From Spongospora subterranea f. sp. subterranea (lineage: Eukaryota), in NCBI GenBank assembly GCA_049724395.1, contig JAUGWO010000067.1, positions 62,001-126,000 on the forward strand: a stretch of DNA of 64,000 bases, read 5' to 3'. Numbering within the stretch: position 1 is the stretch's first letter; each line of letters starts with the position of its first letter. The notes beneath the pieces are model-generated. The model was not told the DNA's origin, did no database searches, and was given only the letters and a program-made list of their open reading frames with translations. A program made the translations under genes and the position numbers. This document shows positions 39,031-50,661 of this stretch, one piece after another.

Positions 39031-42000
39031 TCAGTAATGAGACGAGGGCGACGGCCGGGACAGGTTCACAATAGATAGAGAATTGTATATACTATTCCTG
39101 GATGATTGTAATATGCTAGCGATTAGGCAGCGCCTCGCCCTCACCACAGTCGGTTGTAGGCTGCATTTTCGGGTTGGACTCCTCGAGTGCAACGGAGGTG
39201 GCAGACGAGGAGCCGTCGTCAGGCTCATTTGCCGAACCACGATCACATGTCTTGGTATTTTCGAGGATCTGCAACTGGCGCTTTTGTATCTCCAGTTCGT
39301 TCAACCTTGTTTGAATCGCATCAGCTTCGTCGAAATCGTCGCTTACAACGGCCTGAATGCAGAAAGTTACACGATCGTTCACGCGGGCGTATATAACGAT
39401 GTAAACTTGCCATGTGTAATTTCTCCTCTAACGATTTGATGGAATCATCGATCATTGAGAGTTGCTGTTGCAACAACGCCGGATCCTGAATTCCAGCAGA
39501 CGAGCAATCGCCATTATCGGCACGTTCTTCGAGCGCAGAGGCAGCGTGGCGTGCTGATGATGGCGAAGAGCTTGAAGGAGTGTCGCTATCGCCCGCAGAC
39601 AGTACCGAGCGTGTTGACAAAGGAGGACTTCCAGGCGTCAACAATGGGCCATGCTTTGTCGATAGATATTCGGAACGATTGCGGAGCTCGTCTAGCTGAT
39701 TGGTTAGCACGTTCAGCTGCGGCAATGTTAGAAACAAGGATGAATTACAAATCTGTTGAACTGAACAAACCTCTTCATCTTCAACATCATCGATACAGAT
39801 AATGACAGAAGCGATTTTGCGTTGGAGATGATCAGACTCGCATCGATCGACTTCCAGCTCTGTGATGCGGAATTTTTGGCGAGAATCCTCCAATTGTACC
39901 TCTTGTTGATCAATCGACTCTTGAACTGCGTCACAACTTTTCCTGAACAGAAAGGGTGATCATGAGACATGTAAATTAATCTCAAAAAACCCATATAGAC
40001 AAACCTCATCTTATCCAAGTCAGCCAACAGCTCTTGCTTGGAGCTAGTCAACTCCTTAATTTGCTTCGACATACGCGAAGCAGCCTTGAAGTCTCTTGCG
40101 ATGACGGCATCGGACTTGGATTGCTCTAGTTGAGGGAGTTCCACAAGAATTGACGCAACATTCGTCTCACTGCTGGTAATGTTTTGCGCAAGGGTTGCCA
40201 TTTGCGATGAGAGAAGCTGGGACCGTCTATCATGCTCGGCTAACTGAACTTGGGCCATCTCAACAGCTTTGTCAAGCTCGGATTTTTTGAGCGCATAGAC
40301 TTCTTGATCCTTAGCGTCGCGCAATACGAACTCAATCTGTTTTTCTCTGATATCGATGATTTTTGCAATTTCTGCGGAAAGCTTTGCGCTATGGGCCTCT
40401 TTCTGAGCTAAAACCAGCTTCTCTTGATCTAAAGTATGCTGCGCTTCGTCCAAATCGGACCTGTCCTTTACTATTTCAGCCTGCTCTTGTTTAATCCTTG
40501 CACGTTGACTTTCGATTCTAAAAAAAAACTGAACAAAGTCGATTGCCAGCATCAACACGATAACCTTGCTAGTTGTCGTTGGAAAGAGGATGAAGCTTGG
40601 GAAATTTGGCGTTCAGCATCCGTCAATTTTTCCTGAATGTCTTTCCGGACAGCCTCTTTTTGACGAACTTGCTCTTTTAGCGATATTATTTCATCGTCGA
40701 TGTCCTAAATAACCTCAAAGTCTGGTTAATAGCACGAATGAACTGGATCAAACTTTAAGTTGAGTAATAGACTCCTGCTTCATAATTTGTGATGCTTCAG
40801 TGCGTTCCAGAATCGCTCCATGTATTTCGTCCTCTTCAGCTTGGACCCTTCCCAAATCAGCACTGACCATTTCCAATATACGATCTACACGAGAAAGCTC
40901 CTAAACATAAAACTTTACACAATTATTCTACGCATTGGTGAGCATTGATACCTGTTTCAAGTGCACTTCCTTTTTGCCCATATCCAGAACCCCGTTTTGA
41001 ACATAAGAATTGCCCTCGTCAAGACAGGCTTGTTTCAGACCTTGCAGTTGGTGTATAAAATCCTCCCCCGAACTCGTGATTTCTTCAGTTTTGCGGCGAC
41101 GACCACCAGTGATGTCCAACCGTAGTTGCGTCACCTGTTGCACGTGATTCTCCAACTCTGAAATCTGTTGAGCCAGCGCTCGTATTTTGCAATCCAGTTC
41201 GTCTGCCCGATCATATGCCTAAATAATCAACGATGATTTTGAATCTAGAACCTAGATGCTTAGAATTATCTAACCTCTTCCTCTACCGCATTCGCCTGCG
41301 AAGTTTTCACAGCTTCTAAGTCTCCATTCATTATACTCAATTTGATTAAGGACTCGATGCGTTCATGGTAGTGACGCAAGTCATCTTCTTCAATCGATCG
41401 CAAATCTTGCAATTGCCTCGCTCTGACAATACAGAACTCCCGACACAACTTGTTAACATTCGACTTTACATTTAGCGGGTCAGGAATCGATTCTGGCGGA
41501 TCGCTGTCGAACACATCGGTTGGCAAAGAGGGACTTGTTGGTGATATAGGAGCTTCCCGAACAGGGGTCGTATCTGGCAGAGGTTGTGAGACAGATCGGG
41601 TAGAATGCGGCGGAATGTCGGGTGGCAATTGGCTAGAGCCAAGCGGTAAATTCGAGAAGAAGTCACGCGGCTCAGGAGCACTTTCCATTGAAATCGACCG
41701 GTTTTGATGATCATCTGATATAAAGTCAAATGATGAGGAAGAAGGCTGAAGAAACGAGAAGACCGATGGAGGGACAGCATCCTCATCGATGGATGGCTCC
41801 GGAACGGGTGCAATTGCTGACGTGATCTCATGACTAACTTGATGATCAAATTGACAATTTACCACGACGATATTATGTCGCTAACCTGTCATCGTGATCC
41901 CTGGAATGATCTGCTGGCAAACTAGGATTACTGGCTTTGATTGCTAGCCCAGCAAACATGCTGTTCTCGGCGAACGGTTGAGGGGCGTGTTCCTTGGGCG

Positions 42001-42061
42001 TGGATTCACTGGGTGAGGTCGGTTTAGCGGCCGAGAATACGTTCTTGAAGAACGACGCCAT
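39031..42061 (-). CDS. Coiled-coil protein with UVR (UvrB/C)-like motifs
   Basis: Three motifs of type AVxxxDF/YxxAxxxxxxI/L (AVEEE..YDRADEL, AVIARDFKAASRM, AVVSDDFDEADAI). Multi-exon. Confidence 0.7.
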
Positions 42062-43152
42062 AGCTCAAGGACGCGATCGCAGCAGCATCACCAGGGAATC
42101 AAATACAGGAATGAGCCCTTAACCCCAGTCGGTCACTACTGCCAACCAAGAGGGGGGGGCAGCACCAGTCGGCGCAACCAACCCCGCCACACTCACAGAC
42201 CCACTGCAGGTGTATCCAAGACAGCCCATTCCTCTTGGCCGTCTCCGCCACCCACAAGTCGCCCGCCGAACTGAGAAATGTTCGATTTGAGCTCATCGCC
42301 CGAGGAGGTCCAGAAACTTGTATGACAGAAAAACAACAAGGCATGTTCGTACCCTTCTGCAATTAGAAACAATCGACGTTAGTTTTCTTGCACCATTCTT
42401 GACATTTACAAAGAAATTGATCGGGAAGTGAATTTGCTGTGACCTATCGGGAATCGGCGAGAAGAATTGAAAGCAATTGTGGCTTGGAGAGAGTTGCGTT
42501 TTTGTTGAATACGTCCAATTTCTAATTGGGGTTGAGATCTGGTGCGCGACGTCTTTTCACTTCTCTCACGAAACATCTTGCGTCCGACCGCACTCGTCAC
42601 CGAACCTCGTCCTCAAAGCGACTAAACCGAACCTTTACCGCTCCCAGTTCTGCTCAGTCAGATACAAGAGCGTCCAAAAAAGTTACTGAGAGGTACCCGG
42701 TTGCGATTTCAGCTTGGGGTACGTTTTTTACCCAGAAAAACAACCTCAATTTCCATTTACCTACTCGCCAAGTTGGCGCAACATCTTTCGGTTCTATCCC
42801 AGCGCGGGCAGAAGGGAGTGGCTGGTTTTTTTTTCATCAGCAAATTGCACCGGATTAGCGCCAGCTAACTTCGGATGGCAATCCCGTCCGTGTCTGAATG
42901 AACGGACCGACAGGCATCCGAAACTGCTCATTCCTGCGCTGATCGACTCGAGCCTGGCTTCCCATCGAACGCATTTCCGAGTTTGAGCCGTGGTTGCACA
43001 GGGGTGGCATCAGCTTCTGGGAACGATGTTTGGTGACCGTCGCGGAAACCCTCGATCTGCACATGCTTCTGCGCCTGGAATCACGCTGGGTGCCAGTCAA
43101 TGTCTGGCTAACTTGAGATGCCGGCCAAAAGGGCCTTGTTCAAGTGAAATCG

Positions 43153-43580
43153 CTAGCCAAAACGCGCGATATGGATACTGTTGGCCTCATTCAGATGGTC
43201 TGTAATGGCCTTAGAACTTTTCCGATAATCTACAACTATGAGAATATCGTCGCGATATCGTCTGTACAGAAAATGCTTTATGTTGTTTTGGTACTGTGGA
43301 AGAATATGTTTCTCTGAAGCTACCGATACGAGATCAGCGAATGTTCCAGGGGCGTTGCCTCCCACTGCCGCTCCTTTGATTTGATGGTGTACCAGTTTCC
43401 TTTGAACTGGAAATAGTTGTTAGTTAACGTCCAGCGCATCAAATCAATACAGAATGGAATCTGGAATTCTTGTTACCCTTTCCAAACGTTGATCCCGGCA
43501 GAGCGAACGTATTCCACGCCGGTGTCTGAGGCCAAGGCGGCACACGTAAGGGCAAGAATCCCTCATGTGTATCGATGAAG
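43153..43580 (-). mobile_element. Penelope-like retroelement reverse transcriptase fragment (pseudogenised)
   Basis: IDTHEGILAL..IDLMRWTLTNNYFQFKGNWY/HQIKGAAVGGNAPGTFADL..YRRYRDDILIV matches the PLE RT signature. One stop and one 2-nt frameshift. Confidence 0.8.
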
Positions 43581-43699
43581 TGGAATTGCTGCACTGGTCG
43601 CTGCAGCACTTACCGCAAGGTATAAGACGGCGGCCGGTGTTCCTAGATTTTTCCAGTTCTGTTTAAACTCAGCCTGAAAACTTCGGGATCACTGGACCT

Positions 43700-44440
43700 T
43701 TGCCGAGTTGGTGTTTCGCCAGATTTTCGATGCAGAGAATGCATGGGGGGACTGTCCTCCTCGCCCAGTACTGGCATTCAGCTAAAGTTGAAAATAACGG
43801 GCTTTAGAAAAGCGTGGAGGTTGAAACGGGCGATGATGTCTTCAACCGGCAACAGTTGGCAGTGATGAAGAGGAACAATCCGAACATTGAAATTCCCTGC
43901 GTCGGCGATTTGGCGAAACACCAACTCAGCGAAGCTCCATCGCAGTAGTACATGAACAAATATGAAGATGTACCCATTGGTACAGCGGCATGGAAAAACC
44001 AACGGCAACGATAAACAGCATTATCTGCGTTGGAAGCGGAATATAATGTACTCTGGTGACCAAGACATCAAAGGATCAACAGACTCTGATTGGGGCAGCA
44101 ATTGTTGTGCCCAAGCGGCTGGCCTGGCTGTTGCACATTGTGCCATATATTCCGCTTCCAACGCAGATAATGCTGTTGATCGTTGCCTTTGGCTTCTCCG
44201 TGCTACTGGACCATTGGACATCTTGGAAGATGAACCCAGTGGTCCTGCGGCGTTGATCCAGAGAATGTTCGATGGTAAAAACGGAATATTGCCTTTTGTA
44301 CTACAAGAGCCAGCATTGCGCAATTCAAAGAATCGAAAGAAGTAAAGGGCACCCCAATAACAAAACCATACTGATCTCCTTTTGCCCAATCAGAGTCTGT
44401 TGATCCTTCGATGTCTTGGTCACCAGAGTTATTGCGCCAC
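43700..44440. mobile_element. Scrambled Ty1/Copia RT-RNaseH fragments on both strands
   Basis: GSTDSDW and (W/R)xxQRQRxTALSALEAEYMA motifs occur in both orientations. Three inverted-repeat pairs. Confidence 0.8.
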
Positions 44441-44669
44441 GATTTCGCCAAAAAAAATAAACTGCGCTTTGACGTTGCAGTGATTGAAATATTCAGTGTC
44501 CACTGGAGGAGTGCCCTAATCGCGGGCTGCTGCAGCAGTACAGCTACAGGTAGTGGTTAGCGTAGCGTGATACAGACTGGGAGGAGGTCGCTCCGTGATT
44601 CAATTGCCAACCGCCTCTGTCGCCATCAACATTATCGGTCGGTGCGCGGGAGGAGGTTCACCAAATCGT

Positions 44670-46148
44670 ATGATCAACTCAGCACAGGGGAATCCCAATA
44701 ACGACCTGGAAGTTGACCAGGTCCAACCTGATGGAATCTCTTCTTTAGCATTTTCTCCCACCCCTGAAAACTTTCTTGTCGCCACCAGCTGGAATAATGA
44801 GGTATTCATGTTTTTTTCCGATTGCGATTTTGGTCGTTTCACTTTTTACTAGAAAAAAACGGTTTTTTAATAGTTTTTTAGATCCGATTTTGGCAAGTTA
44901 TGCCTAACGGTCAATCGGTCCCCAAAGCAATGCAGTCGAGCAGTGATCCTTTGTTGTGCACAACATTTGGATCTGACAATTCGTCAGTGTTTTTTGGTGG
45001 TGTTGACAAGGCTGTGAAGCTCTGGTCGCCACAAACGAACCAGGTTCAGCAGATTGGCGCACACGACCATGCTGTCAAAGAGATGGAATGTATTCACCAG
45101 TGAAATCTGGATTTGCGATTCGCCGCGATTGAATCAGTTCTCAATAGGGATCAAGGACGTATCAATGCTCTGCACCGGATCATGGGATAAGACGATCAGG
45201 TATTGGGATCCAAGAACCCCAAGCCAGGCCAAAGCCACTGTAGAAATTAACAGCTCGGGATAGTTCGTGTTCATATATGCTAACTGAATTTGATGCAGGT
45301 GACATTACCTGAACGATGTTACTCGATGTCGTCGGTCTACCCACTACTGGTAGTTGGATGTGCTCAACGCACATGTGTCGTGTACGATCTCAGAAATCCT
45401 TCAACCCCCTATAAAACAATCGAATCATCGCTTCGCGAGCAGACAAGAACGGTGGCATGCTTTCCTGACAAATCCGGTCTGATTCACTATCAATAGCCAC
45501 TTTCGTCACTGATTTGTTGGATGATTCAGGGTTCGCCATTGGATCAATCGAAGGCAGAGTGTCAATTCACCATATTGACGATAAGGTGGAGGTGTCATTA
45601 GTATCCATTTTCCTCAAATTTACAGTTTTCTGTTTTCAGGATACGCAGAAAAATTTCGCGTTTCGTTGTCATCGTGTGGAGCCAGATATTTTCCCGGTAG
45701 TGGATTTATTCTGTCCTTCAAAAACCATTGTGTTCTGATCCGTTGCAGGTTAATGTCATTCGGTTTCATCCTGTGTTCGGCACATTTGCAACGTGCGGCG
45801 GTGATGGCGTTGTCAACTTCTGGGTTTGTGCTTTGTTTGTGTACTGGAGATGAACTAATCTGCGCTACAGGATAAAGAAGCAAAGCAAAGGCTGAAACTA
45901 TTTAATTCAGTGGGGCAGCCGATTTCGGCATGCTCATTCAACGCATCCGGGACCATCATGGCCTATGCCGCATCGTTAGTTCATTAATGTTGAATGAATA
46001 GTTCACAAACTCATTTTCGTACTTGCTCAGATACGAATGGTCTAAAGGAGCTCAGTTCTATTCAAAGAACGACCGTAGTCGAATATTTCTTCACGCTGTT
46101 AATGAAGCTGATATTAAGCCTCGCGGGAAGAAAGCGACTACTCGATGA
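44670..46148 (+). CDS. RAE1: mRNA export factor Rae1/Gle2 (WD40)
   Basis: [47 protein letters not shown] and FAFRCHR. Multi-exon. Confidence 0.93.
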
Positions 46149-46226
46149 TTTCGATCGACGTAAATCATTGTCGAATAAATTAATGATTGCCCGTCTCAGG
46201 TACCAATTGCCAATGGTGTTTGAACA

Positions 46227-47145
46227 ATGCCAGTGGACCAGGAACCGTTCGTGTCATCAAATGCACATGACCATGATCGAACTGCATCATTTGACGTTCA
46301 ACATGCCGACGATGTCAGTGAGCATTTCCACATTGGCCAGCTGATTCTGCAATGCCAGGATGGGTTCTGGATTCCCAGCGTGGTCGAAGAGGTTAGGGAC
46401 TTGAACTGTGGACGATTCCGGTATCCATTAATGAGACACGTTCTTGTCGCTGGTGTCAAATCCTGTCATAAGCCCCGATGGATCCCGTGCATCTCATCGA
46501 GCTTGAGGATTGCCCATCGTTCCAACGAACGTCCCAGAACGTTGATATCAGCTATTCCTCCCCAAACAGTTCTGGACCTCGTCTCCCGATCTCTCCAAGA
46601 TGCCTCCACATATCGGTTTAGGGAACTGCACCGGCGCGCCGCAGAGGCTGATTGCACAGCATTGCAAATCCTGCTGTTCCACCTTGACTCAATGAAACAA
46701 TGCCCGGGAACGACCGATCATCCGCTCCCTGATGATTGGGTTGACGTTCTCCAGGTCAGATGGTTGTCGTAAGGGAATTGTCTGCGATAATGTTGACCAC
46801 ATAGGTTCACAGGTGGCGTTGCGTTATTGGTTCACATCGGTAAACCCTAATCTGCGTTATCACCAGTCCAGAGCGGCCGATCTACACGCCAGCTGCCGCG
46901 TTCCATGCATCGAGAACCAGACTGAAATACAGGCGCTAACAAGGAAAGCGGCGGAATTCGAATCCTCAGCTGATGTTGCGTTCTGGGATTCGAAAATCGA
47001 CATCATATCCAAGATTGTGGACAATCACGTTGCATCAGCTAAAAAAATCACCAGCGTAGATATGAACATGATTCAAAGACCTAGCGATACTCCATTTCGC
47101 CAAGTTATATTGGATTGGGGATCGTCTATTTGCCAACGAAACTAA
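46227..47145 (+). CDS. Hypothetical protein (2-3 exons)
   Basis: Two long ORFs joinable by a GTCAGA..CACAG intron. No recognised domain. Confidence 0.5.
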
Positions 47146-47178
47146 GGGGAGGTATTATTCCCTGGTCAGTAAAGCGCA

Positions 47179-47734
47179 ATGTCGTTTGACTGGACCGCGT
47201 TCGGGTCAAACGACGTCACGATTGGGTAAATCGGTTCCCGAGAGGACATTCGACATTCATATAATAAACTACTGATAATGGATACGTATCATGTGATCGG
47301 CACGAGCAGCATATTCGTGATTGTGTTCACCGGGCTGGGATTGTATTTGGTGCAAGAATCGGACCAGGCACTTGCTTCTCGAATCCAGACCGACATGGAT
47401 GAGTTCCTACGAGTGATGGGAGACACACGACAGACGCCATTTTCCCAGAGCAACAATCACAATGAAGGCGTTTATGGCAATATATACTAGCTGGCTGATA
47501 CGAAATAGACCGAAGATGGAAGGTGAAGAACGCGAGCAGATTCGAGAAGGATTTAACAAGAAGCAAACTGAGCTTTTCAGAATCATAAAAGAAAATGGAT
47601 GGGAAGACGGAGATGTTGCGGCGATAAAGAGAGAAGAAATGTTTAAAAACAAGTACAGAGTGCTTCACCTCGTCCGTAATTGGATCGAAACAGCCAATGA
47701 GATGTTTTACGGTCCATCGATGTACATGATTTGA
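47179..47734 (+). CDS. Small single-pass membrane hypothetical protein (3 exons)
   Basis: MSFDWTAFGSNDVTIG|SIFVIVFTGLGLYLV..DE|ATITMKAF..MYMI* assembled with two GT-AG introns. Confidence 0.5.
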
Positions 47735-47795
47735 GGCGTAACTGTTCAACAAATGTGGTATATTGGATAAATAAACGATTTATAATAAGGCGTAA

Positions 47796-48575
47796 TTACA
47801 TGAAAGTAGACACTACCATGGCAATTCCGATAGGGGCGACAAAATACCTATCGTGTCAGATTAGCATTGATACGAGCATGATTTCGGACCAGGCGAAAAC
47901 ACTACCAATATTTCCTAAGGAATGACTGTTGCTCAGGTTCCGGCTCAGGAACTTTGTAGACGTTCTCGATGTTGATGGGACTGGGACCTTCATGGAATTT
48001 GGCGACCGTCACGTGCGGCTTCAACCGAATCACACCTGGCGCTGCAGCGCAGGGCGTCCCCTTTGGAGGAAGCGGACCGGTAGAGTATTCGGCAAACAAA
48101 ATCGACCCATTGGAGTTACTAATAAATGAAATGTTTTCGATGAAGTTAGACGACACCAAAGCACACTAGCAATAACGGTTCAGGAACGATTTCGGAAAAT
48201 ATAATCCTCATCTTACAGCATCTACTGAACTAATGATAGATGCTTTAGCGTCGCCGATATTGTCGTCGTGAACCAAGCGTATTGAATAACGATGCACCCC
48301 CGATATCAGACTTTGAAAATGCGACGGCGATATCTCAGACTTTCCTGGAATATCAACCAATATCGGTGGATGAAGCGGACTCCGGGCCCCAATTGTGTTC
48401 ACGAAAACTCTGAGAAGTCCATGTTCAACCGTGCCGGTGAGGGGAGTCTGTGTTCAGATTACAATGTTCGCGAAGTGAACGTAGTTGCATGAGGTAGCTT
48501 ATGTTCTAGACGCATCGTCGCTGCTGCGACGAGCAAGTTGAATGAGGCAAGCATCGTAAGATACGGGATCACCAT
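47796..48575 (-). CDS. EMC10: ER membrane protein complex subunit 10
   Basis: Signal peptide, then LEHKL..FTSR. C-terminal EQQSFLRKYWYFVAPIGIAMVV is typical of EMC10. Confidence 0.8.
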
Positions 48576-48658
48576 GATTTCGCGATGAACGACGGTCAGA
48601 TCACTTCAATTCGGCAAGAAAGTAATGGTGTCTTGTACAGAGAGACTTTGTAGATCAT

Positions 48659-48791
48659 GTCAGGCGGAACCCTGTCAAGTGTACACTGCCCGTACTGTAG
48701 CGTATCAATGAAGAACGTCAGGCGTAACCCTGTCAAATGTACACTGAAGTACCTACTAACGTCAGGCGGAACCCATTCAAAATGTACATTG
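48659..48791. repeat. Three spaced ~30-bp direct repeats GTCAGGCG(G/T)AACCC..CAA.TGTACA(C/T)TG upstream of EMC10
   Basis: Units at 48659, 48717 and 48761, with spacers of 28 and 14 nt. Confidence 0.8.
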
Positions 48792-49199
48792 TCTGTGTAC
48801 TGTACTTATGTGATGCACTGTGATGCAGATAAAATTGCCGCGCACTTTTCCCGACCACGTGTCTCAACCGAACGGGTTTTCGACTCAACCGGGGGTTTGA
48901 CCAACGATGACGCAAACGAGAATTCTATCAACAATGACTCAAACGGGGGTTCTGTAATGAATCCGATGAACAATGATCCAACGGGCGGGTTACCCACAAC
49001 GAGCTTTATCAATAATTACGAATTTTGCGTCAAGGTGCACTGCTCCTGCCCTGTACAGAGATCTCGGCCGAACAACCGGTGCCTGCATTTCTAGGATAAA
49101 CCAAGCCTCTGTAAAAAGCGGCTTGATCTCCCTGGAAATGGCCCGTCAGCCATTGCATCAATGGTCACACGATTGCGAGACAAAAAGTCGGAACGCATT

Positions 49200-50250
49200 C
49201 GAGTACATGGCGCTATCAACAGCTTGGCATTGCTCTCAGGTCTACACCATAAATCGTAATTCTTTGCCTTGTTTCCCCTTTTTGCGTCGAGAAGTAGGCT
49301 TCTGGTGAAAGAACCACATAGGTTTTGAGCTTGTTCAATTGTGACCGGTCGATGTCGAAGTCGCCGAAAGTCTGCTGGCGCCGTTTCTCGGACGCCTGCG
49401 ACGGAATGAACGGCTCATTGCTGATGGGGGAGTCACCAACTCGCTCTATCTACAACATAATTCACGAATGACTTTGAAATATAATTGAGATCAGAACAAG
49501 TTACCCGATTCAGCATTGGCGACGGCAGCAGCTGTACCTGTTGCTGATTGGCGAACATGTTCTAACATGTCATTCACAGCGCGGTCGATTTCGTTCATCA
49601 GATCAGGCATACTGGCCCTTTGCTCTTCGTAAATCATCGGCCATATCTTTGGAAAGGGCCATCGCAAACTTCCTCTGCTTGAAGAATCGCCTGCCTCAAG
49701 AGATGGCGGCTTACATACATCATGCCCTTGACCAACGAATCCCAGGAAGTGCCGCGATTGTAGACGTTGGATATATTCAGACGCCCAGAACAACCAAGCC
49801 GCGCCGCTCATTCCCGGGACGCCCGTGAATGCAATGGTCAAGTTTTCTCTCACAACATGCCCGCTTTCTACGAGAACCGGTTGCCATTTTGGCTGGACTC
49901 TGCTCACGATGTCGTCACGCGACAAACGCCATTCATTTTCTGCAACGGAACCCTGTTAATCGCCGCTTACGGCGCTGTGGCTTTGATCAGATTGATCACG
50001 GCTCCGGTATCCTTGAGTATCGGGCGGCATTGATGCCTTGTTCGACGTTTTGTCGATTTTCCCTTTGCCCGTCGATCACGGCGTAGTTCTGCAGCATTGG
50101 GGGCGGCATGGCGAGCTGCTTTCATTTGCCATCCCAAGCGATGCCGCCCGATACTGCAAGGACGCCAGAGGCCGTGTTTTTGAGATTTGCGCCAGACAGT
50201 TTTTGTCGAGTCCGAATTTTGATCATCAGAGAGGATGACTTTGCTCAATT
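49200..50250 (-). pseudogene. Possible hypothetical gene or pseudogene
   Basis: 144-aa minus-strand ORF 49491-49925 with flanking broken frames. No recognisable domain. Confidence 0.3.
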
Positions 50251-50661
50251 CATACCGGTTTCATCCTACTTCAAGGGGTTTTACGGCCAAACCCTAAAGT
50301 GAATGGCGCACGCAGGCAATCACCGACCATGGCGTAATGCCTTATCCACAAAAGGAGGAGAGTGACAACAATCCCTGGCGATGGGAGATGGTAACGGGGT
50401 TTCGGATGATGTGAAATCGATATGTATTGGACAAGATGATGGAATACACAACAGTTGTTAGGAGTAATGGAACAAAGGTTCATCAGAGAGGGACAAAATC
50501 ATAGTGATTACCTCTCCCGCATTTGCTCAACATCTGACCATCTGGCCATGATTCAAGGGGTCGGGGCTGAGAGGTCAAGATTCTCTAACAAATATATGAT
50601 AATCACTCAACGAAAGGAACAGGCCGGATTTTGAAAAGAAATGAGTTTATTTGACAAACGG

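Noticed and set aside
42875..42960. Hammerhead-ribozyme-like CTGAATGA..GAAAC near the Penelope relic
   Set aside because: The core has an extra base and stems I and III cannot be formed by inspection. An Infernal/RNAMotif search would be decisive.
50288..50300. Telomere-like AAACCCTAAA
   Set aside because: Single unit, compatible with chance or a telo-box.
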